Origin: Kiloniellaceae bacterium
GTDB lineage: Bacteria; Pseudomonadota; Alphaproteobacteria; Kiloniellales; J153
Length of the DNA: 64,000 bases
Assembly: GCA_046758005.1 (NCBI GenBank)
Contig: JBHHZJ010000003.1
Span: 4,469-68,468 of the forward strand
Direction: 5' to 3'
Positions 12,572 to 22,814 of this stretch are shown piece by piece (within the stretch, counting starts at the first letter, position 1; each line of letters opens with the position of its first letter). The translations under genes were made by a program, and so were the position numbers. The notes under the pieces are model-generated. The model saw only the letters and a program-made list of their open reading frames with translations, made no database searches and was not told the origin of the DNA.

Positions 12572-13294
12572 ATGAGCGAGGGCGCGGACATCCAAGCCAA
12601 GCGCATGGCGATGGTCGCCGAGATCGAGTCGGACGTGGCCCAGACTCGGAAGTGGCTCGGCAAGCGCGCGCTCGACCCGCGGGTTATCGCGGCCTTGGGC
12701 AAGGTGCCGCGCCACCTCTTCGTGCCCGAGGCGAACCAGCGCGCGGCCTACGAGAACCGGCCCCAGCCCATCGGCCACGGGCAGACCATCTCGCAGCCGT
12801 ACATGGTCGCGATCATGAGCGACCTGGCGGCGATCGGTCCGCGAGACCGGGTGCTCGAGATCGGCACCGGCTGCGGCTACCAGACCGCGGTCCTGGCCGA
12901 GCTGGCCGAACGGGTCTACACCGTCGAGGTCGTGCCCGAGCTGGCCCGGCCCGCGGCCGAACGCCTGCGCCGCCTGGGCTACGACAACGTCGAGGTGCGC
13001 GTGGGCGACGGCGCACAGGGTTGGGCCGAGCACGCGCCCTACGACGCCATCCTGGTCGCCGCCGCGGCCTGGCGCCGGGCGCCCCCGGCCCTGATCGGGC
13101 AGCTCGCGCCCGGCGGGCGCCTGGTCGTGCCCGTGGACCGCAGCAAGGCGGCGGCGCGCTACCCCTTCACCGACCAGGAACAGGACCTCGTGGTCATCAC
13201 CAAGGACCGGGCCGGGCGCACCTCCGAGCGCAAGGTGCTGCCGGTCGCCTTCGTGCCGCTCGTCGAGGGCGGTGGCGAGGACGCCCGGCGCTGA
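12572..13294 (+). CDS. pcm: Protein-L-isoaspartate O-methyltransferase
   Basis: GHGQTISQPYMVAIM and SAM-binding VLEIGTGCGYQTAVLAEL motifs. Confidence 0.9.
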   Translation: MSEGADIQAKRMAMVAEIESDVAQTRKWLGKRALDPRVIAALGKVPRHLFVPEANQRAAYENRPQPIGHGQTISQPYMVAIMSDLAAIGPRDRVLEIGTGCGYQTAVLAELAERVYTVEVVPELARPAAERLRRLGYDNVEVRVGDGAQGWAEHAPYDAILVAAAAWRRAPPALIGQLAPGGRLVVPVDRSKAAARYPFTDQEQDLVVITKDRAGRTSERKVLPVAFVPLVEGGGEDARR

Positions 13295-13352
13295 GCGCGA
13301 AACGGCCCCGAAAAGCTTGCAACCGGCCCCGCGGCGTCGGATTCTGCCCGCC

Positions 13353-15892
<2,540 letters not shown>

Positions 15893-15896
<4 letters not shown>

Positions 15897-16264
15897 ACGG
15901 GCCGGCCCTGCGCCTCGACAAGTGGCTGTGGTACGCGCGCTTCTTCAAGACGCGCACACTGGCCGCGCAGGCCTGCGCCTCCGGCAAGCTGAGGATCGGC
16001 GGCGAGATCGTCTCCAAGGCGCATCACAAGGTCCGCCCCGGGGACGTGCTCACGTTCCCGCAGGGCCGGCACATCCGGGTGATCAAAGTCCTGGCGCTCG
16101 CCGAGCGGCGCGGTCCGGCCGTCGAGGCCCGCCTGATCTACGAGGACCTGAAGCCGCCGAGCCCGGAGGGCCGCCTGCCGCAATCCGCGCCGCGCCCGCC
16201 CGGCAGCGGCCGCCCCACCAAGCACGAACGGCGCGCCCTGGAAAAGCTGCGCGACGACCTCTAG
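15893..16264 (+). CDS. RNA-binding S4 domain protein (Hsp15-like)
   Basis: MNGPALRLDKWLWYARFFKTRTLAAQACASGKLRIGG. ATGA start/stop overlap with the helicase gene. Confidence 0.8.
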
Positions 16265-16805
16265 CGGCGGTTCCCGGAAAAATTCGAGGCCCGGCGGGCG
16301 CGGAAATGCACGGAAGATAGAAATGGTTCCTTAAGGTTAACCCAATCTTAACGATCCGGGGCCGAAAATTGCTGCAGTGCAGCGTGGCTCCGCCACGTCT
16401 GGAACGTCCCTATTCGGATTCTTAGGTGCCATGGTCAGTCCCTACCTGGAACGGCCGATTCGAACCTTGGAGCAGGTCCTCGAGCAGCGCGCGCGCCGGG
16501 CGGGCGAGCCCGCCGCCGCCGGCGTTCGATCGGCCGAGGTGCCCGCCCGTTCGCTGTTGCGCGCCCGGCCGGCGCGGAGCGTGCCCGAAGACGTGCCGCA
16601 ACGGCCCCGCGCGGCGTCCGAACGCCGCGCCGCGTGACGCCCCTGCCCACCGGCCCCCGAGCTTGCCCGCGCGTCGAGGGGCCGGGCGGCTTGCGCGGGG
16701 CGATCCGGGCCACCAACTAGTGTGCGAATCCGACCCGTGCGAGCCGGCCAAGCCCGCACAGGACCTGGGGTTGCACGCGCCCGCGCTGCCGTGATACGCA
16801 GAGCC

Positions 16806-17279
16806 GTGATCAACCGTTTCAAGGCCTTGTTCGTGGATCGCGGGGGCGCGTCCGCGGCCCCCGGGGCCCGTCTCGGCGCCGAGGAATTCCAGGTCGCGGC
16901 GGCGGCCTTGTTGGTCGAGGCGGCGCACATGGACGACGAGTTCGATGCGCGCGAGCGGGCCAAGATCCTGGACCTCGTCACGGCGCGTTTCGGCCTCAGC
17001 CGTGAGGAGAGCGAGAGCCTGCTCGAAGCCGCCGAGGCGCGCGTCGCCCAAGCGAGCCACCTGCTCGGCTTCACGCGCGTGGTCAAGCAGGCCTTCAGCC
17101 ACGAGGAGCGGGTCGAGCTGCTGGAAATGCTGTGGGAGGTCGCGTACGCCGACGGCGAGCTGCACGATTTCGAGGCCAGCTTGGTGCGCCGCGTCACCGG
17201 CCTGCTGCACGTGTCCGACCACGAGAGCGGGGCCGCGCGCAAGCGCGTGTTGCAGCGATTGAGCGGGTCGCGGGCCTGA
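16806..17279 (+). CDS. TerB-family (tellurite-resistance TerB-like) protein
   Basis: [10 protein letters not shown]-terminus. Two DxxxE-type repeats ([28 protein letters not shown]). Start is ambiguous between the GTG at 16806 and the GTG at 16791. Confidence 0.65.
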   Translation: MINRFKALFVDRGGASAAPGARLGAEEFQVAAAALLVEAAHMDDEFDARERAKILDLVTARFGLSREESESLLEAAEARVAQASHLLGFTRVVKQAFSHEERVELLEMLWEVAYADGELHDFEASLVRRVTGLLHVSDHESGAARKRVLQRLSGSRA

Positions 17280-17341
17280 CCCCGGCCGTCGGGCCCGGGC
17301 CTCGGCGAGGCGGTCGAGCGTGGGATGAGGAGAGCTTGGAC

Positions 17342-17683
17342 ATGACGTACGTCGTCACCGAAGCCTGCATCAAGTGCAAGTACATGGACTGCGTCGAGGT
17401 GTGCCCGGTCGACTGCTTCTACGAGGGTGAGAACATGCTGGTCATCCACCCCGACGAATGCATCGACTGCGGGGTCTGCGAGCCCGAATGCCCGCCCGAG
17501 GCGATCGTGCCCGACACCGATCCGAGCGCCGAAGCCTGGTTGGAACTCAACCGGGAGTACAGCGAGAAATGGCCGAACATCACGCGCAAGGGCACGCCGC
17601 CGGCCGACGCCGACGAGTACAAGGGAATGGAGGGCAAGTACGAGAAATTTTTCAGCCCCAATCCCGGCCATACCGACGGATGA
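17342..17683 (+). CDS. fdxA: Ferredoxin FdxA (7Fe type)
   Basis: [29 protein letters not shown]...[12 protein letters not shown] cysteine pattern. Confidence 0.9.
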   Translation: MTYVVTEACIKCKYMDCVEVCPVDCFYEGENMLVIHPDECIDCGVCEPECPPEAIVPDTDPSAEAWLELNREYSEKWPNITRKGTPPADADEYKGMEGKYEKFFSPNPGHTDG

Positions 17684-17831
17684 GCCGGGCGCGGGCCGCT
17701 CTTGCGCCGGTATCGCCGTCCGGAGCCCGTCGTTCTGAGATGAATTTCCTATCATCCGGTCCCTGCGGCGTGCCGCCGGCGCGACCGCGGATCGAGCTGC
17801 GCCCCGGATCGGATTTGTTGCGGCGCAGCAC

Positions 17832-17860
17832 TTGTACCTGGCGGAAAAATAATGTATATA
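17832..17860 (+). promoter_or_regulatory. Candidate sigma-70-type promoter in an AT-rich island upstream of carD
   Basis: TTGTAC-N17-TATATA within the only AT-rich patch of the fdxA-carD spacer. Weak hexamer matches (3/6 and 4/6). Confidence 0.3.
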
Positions 17861-17948
17861 TAACAATTTAAAGGCAGCGGGTCGCGGGCGACCGCCTTGT
17901 TGGTCCGGAGCCCGATCGTCCCGGTCGGATGGTCCTACAAGCGGGAGG

Positions 17949-17979
17949 GGTGCCGTAGTCACTACGGCGCCTTCGTTTT
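17949..17979 (+). terminator. Intrinsic terminator-like hairpin inside the carD leader (attenuator or sRNA 3' end)
   Basis: GGTGCCGTAG-TCA-CTACGGCGCC (10 bp with one G-U pair) followed by TTCGTTTT. Lies 140 nt upstream of the carD start. Confidence 0.45.
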
Positions 17980-18118
17980 GGGACTCCGGAGAGGCCTGCT
18001 TGGGCCCGCTGACAGTGGTGCGGCCCCGTTGTGCGGGAACCGACCGCCCGATGCCCACGATCGGAGGTGTCATCCTCCGATGATGGTGGGGACCAGCGAG
18101 CGATCGAACGAAGGACTG

Positions 18119-18649
18119 ATGACGAAGAAACGGAGAATCAGAGAGCAGACCATGGCAAAGGGGATCGATTTCGGAGCGGGGGACTACGTCGTCTATCCAA
18201 CCCACGGCGTCGGCCGGGTGTTGGGCGTGCAGACCCAGGAAATTTCCGGTCAGAAGCTGAAGCTGATCGTCATCAAGTTCGAGAAGGATCGCATGACCTT
18301 GCGCGTTCCCGTGGAGAAGGCGCAGGATTCGGGACTGCGCAAGCTGTCCAGCCGCAAGCTCATGGACACGGCGCTGGCCACCCTCAAGGGCCGCAGCCGG
18401 GTCAAGCGGACGATGTGGAGCCGGCGCGCCCAGGAGTACGAGGCCAAGATCAACTCCGGCGACCCGGTCTCGATCGCCGAGGTGGTCCGCGACCTGCACC
18501 GCAACTCCGATCAGCCGGACCAGTCGTACAGCGAGCGCCAGATGTACCAGGCCGCGCTCGACCGGCTGGCGCGCGAGCTGGCCGCCGTCGAGAAGATCGA
18601 CGAGACCGCGGCCGCACACAAGCTGGAAGAGCTTCTCACGGCGGCGTAA
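18119..18649 (+). CDS. carD: CarD/CdnL family transcriptional regulator
   Basis: GDYVVYPTHGVGRVLGVQTQEISGQKLKLIVIKFEKDRMTLRVPV. The ATG at 18119 (AAGGA 5 nt upstream) is preferred; the ATG at 18152 is an alternative. Confidence 0.9.
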   Translation: MTKKRRIREQTMAKGIDFGAGDYVVYPTHGVGRVLGVQTQEISGQKLKLIVIKFEKDRMTLRVPVEKAQDSGLRKLSSRKLMDTALATLKGRSRVKRTMWSRRAQEYEAKINSGDPVSIAEVVRDLHRNSDQPDQSYSERQMYQAALDRLARELAAVEKIDETAAAHKLEELLTAA

Positions 18650-18770
18650 GCTGCGCCCGGGTCCGGCGCCGCGGCCGGGCCCGGACGGTCGGCGTCCGTC
18701 CATCTCGCCAACGGCCCGGTGTGGCGCCGCCCGCGCCCCGCGGCCCAGCAGGAGAGCGTCTGCCGGCGCG

Positions 18771-19571
18771 ATGATGGATCGGCAGAAATTCGCTGTGTTG
18801 CGCGCCGCCCGCCGGGTCTGGGCGGTGGGGGCGATTCACGCCGAGGCCGAGCGCCTCGACCGCGTGCACGCCAGGCTGTGGCCCCGGCTCGAGCCGTGCG
18901 ACCGCATCGTCTACCTCGGCAACATGATCGGCCGCGGCCCGGCGACGCGCCAGACGCTCGATTCCCTGCTCCGGTTCCGCCTCGCCGTGCTGGCGCGGCC
19001 GCACAGCGACGCCGAGGACGTCGTCTACCTGCGCGGCAGCCAGGAGGAGATGTGGCAGAAGCTGCTCCAGCTTCAGTTCGCCTCGGACCCGCGCGGGGTG
19101 CTGGAATGGATGCTCGGCCAGGGTGTCGGCGCCACCCTCGAATCCTACGGCGTGCGGGTGCCGGACGCCTTGCGCGAGGCCGCCACGGGCACCGTGTCGC
19201 TGACCCGCTGGACCGGCCACCTGCGTCAGGCGATCCAGGGCCGGCCCGGGCACTTCCAGATCATGTCCGCCCTGCGCCGGGCGGCCTACACCGACGACGG
19301 CTCGTTGTTGTTCGTCAATGCCGGCCTCGACCCGTCGCGCCCGATCGAGGCGCAGAGCGACAGCTTCTGGTGGAGCGGCGGGGCGTTCCATCGCATCGCC
19401 GAGCCGTATGGGACCTTCCGGCGCATCCTGCGCGGGTTCGACCCGAGCCACGCCGGCTTCGCGGTCACCGCCTACACCGCCACGCTCGACGCCGGCTGCG
19501 GCTTCGGCGGCCCGCTGATCGCCGCCTGCGTGACCCCGGACGGCGAGATCATCGACATGATCGAGGGCTGA
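18771..19571 (+). CDS. Calcineurin-like metallophosphoesterase-fold protein with substituted metal-binding motifs (putative pseudo-phosphatase)
   Basis: Layout resembles ApaH/PrpE-type phosphatases, but the motifs read GAIHA, GNMIGRG and GSQE in place of GDxHG, GDxxDRG and GNHE. Confidence 0.6.
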   Translation: MMDRQKFAVLRAARRVWAVGAIHAEAERLDRVHARLWPRLEPCDRIVYLGNMIGRGPATRQTLDSLLRFRLAVLARPHSDAEDVVYLRGSQEEMWQKLLQLQFASDPRGVLEWMLGQGVGATLESYGVRVPDALREAATGTVSLTRWTGHLRQAIQGRPGHFQIMSALRRAAYTDDGSLLFVNAGLDPSRPIEAQSDSFWWSGGAFHRIAEPYGTFRRILRGFDPSHAGFAVTAYTATLDAGCGFGGPLIAACVTPDGEIIDMIEG

Positions 19572-19678
19572 GCGGCGCGGCGGGTCGGTCGTCCGCGAAG
19601 GGCATGGGCGCGGCGCTCGGCTCGCGCGCGCGGTCGAACACGATGGCCGCCCCTCCCGTTTCACGCCGCTTGCGACGG

Positions 19679-19699
19679 CCGGGCCGGAGGGTCCGGCCC
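19679..19699. terminator. GC hairpin between convergent genes (weak bidirectional terminator candidate)
   Basis: CGGGCCGGA-GGG-TCCGGCCCG, 9-bp stem. Only a weak T-tract (GATCGGTTATTCC) on the plus strand. Confidence 0.3.
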
Positions 19700-19705
19700 G
19701 ATCGG

Positions 19706-20170
19706 TTATTCCTCGATCAACTGTTCGACGTGCCAGCGTTCGGCCAGCATCCCGCCTTCGAGCCGGTAGATGTCCGCGATCTGAAAGTTGATCTTGTTGT
19801 TGCCGTGCGTGACGCCGTGCAGCCGGCCGTGGACCATCACGATGTCGCCGTCGGCGGCGACGTGATAGACGTCGATTGTGTATTCGCGGAACCGTTTGAA
19901 CAGGGTCGCATAGTACGTCTTGAAGCCGTCGAGGCCCTGCGTGGGGCGGTACAGGTGCTGCACGAAGTCGGGCGCGACGAGCTGATCGGCGATGTCCAGG
20001 TTGCGCCCGTTGATGATCTGTTCGACGACTTCCAGGACGATCGCCTTGTTCGCCGCCGTGCGCGGATCGGATTGCGCGCGCGCGGGCGCGCTCGCGATCG
20101 TGGCGGCAAGGCATGCGGCCAGGACGACGAAAGGCAGTCGCGCGGGAATGAGTGATACCGATGAGCGCAC
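19706..20170 (-). CDS. SnoaL-like / NTF2-fold (ester cyclase family) secreted protein
   Basis: C-terminal 120 aa has a SnoaL-like pattern (NKAIVLEVVEQIINGRNLDIADQLVAPDFVQH...GDIVMVHGRLHG). The GTG at 20170 gives a signal peptide ending APARAQ. The start is uncertain. The longer ORF to 20410 would run through a 15-bp hairpin. Confidence 0.6.
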   Translation of the reverse strand: MRSSVSLIPARLPFVVLAACLAATIASAPARAQSDPRTAANKAIVLEVVEQIINGRNLDIADQLVAPDFVQHLYRPTQGLDGFKTYYATLFKRFREYTIDVYHVAADGDIVMVHGRLHGVTHGNNKINFQIADIYRLEGGMLAERWHVEQLIEE

Positions 20171-20247
20171 GAGGTGACTCGGGCGCTCGTCGGTATCCGC
20201 GCGCCGGGTTGGCCTTGGGCGGCGGCGCGCAAACATAGGACGAAATA

Positions 20248-20279
20248 CCAGCGAGCGGATGACTTCATCCGCTCGCTGG
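20248..20279 (-). terminator. Perfect 15-bp inverted repeat, candidate terminator of the DUF4384/TPR gene
   Basis: CCAGCGAGCGGATGA-CT-TCATCCGCTCGCTGG. On the minus strand it is followed by TATTTCGTCC. Lies 230 nt downstream of the stop at 20510. Confidence 0.4.
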
Positions 20280-20509
20280 TATGAGCCGAAAGCGGTGCCG
20301 ACGAGCGTGTTCATGCCGGTGTCTCCAACGAGGAATCGGCGCCGAATCGGCGCGCGGCGTCCTTGCGCCGAGCGCCATAAGAGGGGAAGACGCGCCGCAC
20401 GGTCAAACAAATACCGTCGTCCCGCGCGCCCGCCAATGACGGCGCGCCGCGCCGCAATAAATCGATTTCGTACCTGCGGCGCCAGCGGCGCGGTCCCGGG
20501 CCGGGGCCG

Positions 20510-22303
20510 TCACTGCGTCGAGCGCAGGCGCTGCAGGCGCTCCTTGAGGTCGAGCACCATCAAGCGGTTCAGCTTGGCCTTCTGATGATTGGGATCGATC
20601 GCCAACAGCTTGTCCCACAATTCCAGCGCCCGGTCCAAATCCTGCCGCCGAAACGCCACCAGGGCGCGCTTGTGATAGAGCTTCGTCACCGCCGGGGCCA
20701 GCTCGGTCGCCTGCTTGCGCGCCTCCGCGTGGTCCGGGTCCAGGGCCAGGACCCTCTGGAAAGCCTCGTAGGCGAGATCGGTCTCGCCGGCGGCGAGGCG
20801 CGCCCGCCCCTCCTCGTAATTCCGCTCGATGGCCGCGGCGGTCTCGACCTGCCGTGCGAGGTCGGCCAGACCGGAATTGGTCGGGTCGAGCGCGGTGGCC
20901 ATCGCCAGGCTGCGCGTCGCCTTTTCGTAGTCTCCCTTCTCGACCAGGACCAGGGCGTAGTCCTGGTACGTACTGACCAAGGCGCCGAGGTTCTCGACGT
21001 CGTTGGGGGCCCGTTGCATTCGTTTGAGGAGCTGGCCGATCCGTTTGCGGTACTTGACCTCCTCCGGGGAAGGCGCCGGCGGCGCCACCGGCAGGGCGGC
21101 GGATTGTTGCCTGCCCGCAGCGTTGCTCGGGGCCCCGGCCGCATCGGGCGGCGCTTCGGCGGCGATCGGCTCGGGCGGCGGCGCGGGGGCGGCCTCGGGT
21201 TCCGGCGCGGCGGCAGCAACCATCGGCTCGGGCCGCGGCGTGGCCGCCGGTTCGGGCGGCGGCGCGGCCGCGGTCTCGACCTTCGGGGCGGGCTCGGGTT
21301 CGGGTTCGGGTGCAGCGGCGACCACCGGCTCGGGCGGCGGCGTGGCCGCCGGTTCGGGCCGCGGCGCGAGGGCGGTCTTGGCCTCCGGCGCGGGCTCGGG
21401 TTCGGGTGCGACGGCGACCGCCGGTTCGGGTTCCGGCTCGGGGGCGGTCTTCACCTCCGGCGCGGGCGCGGGCGGCACCGCCGCGGTGGCCTCGTGCGGC
21501 GGTTCCGCGGCCGGCGCGGGGCTGGTTGGCGCGGGTTCCGGTGGGGTTTCCCGAGCGGGCGTCGCCGCGGCGATCTCGGCGCCTTCCGGATAGGTCGTGA
21601 TGAACCGGTAGAGGACGCTCAGCGAACCGCCCCTTCCGGCCTGTTCCAAGCCCGCGATTCCGGCGCGCAGAGCCTCGAGGTAGTAACCCGCGTCCTCGAA
21701 TTCGCGCCGCGGCTTATCGAGCAGCGGCTCGCGGGCAGCCATCACGACCAGCAGTTCGCGCCCGAAGGGCGGCAGAATCTCGTAGCGGACGCTTGAATCG
21801 GGCGCGCCGACAACAATCGACCGGCTGGCCCTGAACTTCTTGTCGAAGGAGTCCGGGTCGGGAAGGATATGAATGACGTTGCCGTCGAGCTGATAATAGT
21901 CGAGGTAAATGTAGCTGTCGCTGCGTGGCGCGGTCACCTCGAATATTGCGAAGTCGCCTTCCCGGTAAACGGCGTTCGGCGCGTTCAAGGTCAGCTTCAG
22001 GCCGCTCGCCGGGTCGTTGCGCTGCGGCCCGACCGCGGCGTTGATCTTGTCGAGAACCGCCTGCGGAATGGTATCGAGTTCGGCGGCGATGGCGCCCGGG
22101 GCCACTCCGAGGAGGCGCGCCGCAGCCACCAGCGCGATGGCCAGGGCCGCAGCGATGCGCTTAACGCGACCGCCGTTGCCCTGCGGCGGGCCGGTCCCCG
22201 CCGCCGGTCGGCGGCCCGGTGCGACGCCGCCGGGCCAAAATGGACCCTCGGTCCTGACGCGGAGTAACCTACCGGGCGAAACCGCGGTCAACATCGCATC
22301 CAT
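20510..22303 (-). CDS. Membrane-anchored DUF4384 domain / Pro-Glu-Ala repeat / TPR-repeat protein
   Basis: TM helix IAAALAIALVAAARLL. DUF4384-like YREGDFAIFEVTAPRSDSYIYLDYYQLDGNVIHILPD. About 160 aa of PEPEPAP low complexity. C-terminal TPR-like helices (ALDPTNSGLADLA, ALDPDHAEARK, AIDPNHQKAK). Start is ATG 22303 or 22294. Confidence 0.7.
   Translation of the reverse strand: MDAMLTAVSPGRLLRVRTEGPFWPGGVAPGRRPAAGTGPPQGNGGRVKRIAAALAIALVAAARLLGVAPGAIAAELDTIPQAVLDKINAAVGPQRNDPASGLKLTLNAPNAVYREGDFAIFEVTAPRSDSYIYLDYYQLDGNVIHILPDPDSFDKKFRASRSIVVGAPDSSVRYEILPPFGRELLVVMAAREPLLDKPRREFEDAGYYLEALRAGIAGLEQAGRGGSLSVLYRFITTYPEGAEIAAATPARETPPEPAPTSPAPAAEPPHEATAAVPPAPAPEVKTAPEPEPEPAVAVAPEPEPAPEAKTALAPRPEPAATPPPEPVVAAAPEPEPEPAPKVETAAAPPPEPAATPRPEPMVAAAAPEPEAAPAPPPEPIAAEAPPDAAGAPSNAAGRQQSAALPVAPPAPSPEEVKYRKRIGQLLKRMQRAPNDVENLGALVSTYQDYALVLVEKGDYEKATRSLAMATALDPTNSGLADLARQVETAAAIERNYEEGRARLAAGETDLAYEAFQRVLALDPDHAEARKQATELAPAVTKLYHKRALVAFRRQDLDRALELWDKLLAIDPNHQKAKLNRLMVLDLKERLQRLRSTQ
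21219..21480 (-). repeat. About 2.6 tandem copies of a 96-102-bp coding repeat (Pro/Glu/Ala-rich 32-34 aa units)
   Basis: Repeat units begin near 21219, 21321 and 21417 on the plus strand. They encode PEPEPEPAPKVETAAAPPPEPAATPRPEPMVAAA and PEPEPAPEAKTALAPRPEPAATPPPEPVVAAA on the minus strand. Confidence 0.7.
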
Positions 22304-22814
22304 AAGCAACTATACCATCATCTCCGGGCCTTACACTAATCAACCCGATGGCGCTCAACGGGGCGGGTCGGCAACCCGGTCCGGCGCAACCCGCGCCATG
22401 GGCCCGCGAACGGCCCCGGGCGGCGCGGCCGTTGTCTCTGAGCGGCGTGAAACCCGATGCGACGACCGTGCGCGACCGGCGCTCGGCCGATCCCTCGGTT
22501 GCGCCTCCCGGGGAAACCTCATATAATTTACTTCGTTGAATTCGTGAGGTTATCCTAGATTATCCATCCGAAGAAAATTATTGATTATATTAAGTCCAGA
22601 CGGCGGATTATTCTTGGAACCGGGATCCGTTTGGGCGAACGGTACGGATGATGGCCCGAGGGACCGCGTGTTCCTGCGGGCGCATCCGTGGATCGGGCCG
22701 TTTATGACGACCATTGGGCAGCGAGGGGATCGCGCGTCGGTCTCCCGATCCGGATTTCGTAGAAAAAAAAGGCCGCGGCAACAAGCGACCGGCGATAAGC
22801 AGGGTGGGGTAGAG

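Noticed and set aside
22581-22814. N-terminal extensions offered by the ORF track (caspase gene from 22581; also vgrG from 52424, clpV from 46220, tssC from 41210, hcp from 50827/51785, helicase from 13272)
   Set aside because: The internal ATG/GTG starts give canonical family N-termini or signal peptides and have Shine-Dalgarno sequences. The extensions are Arg-rich and overlap upstream genes or promoters.
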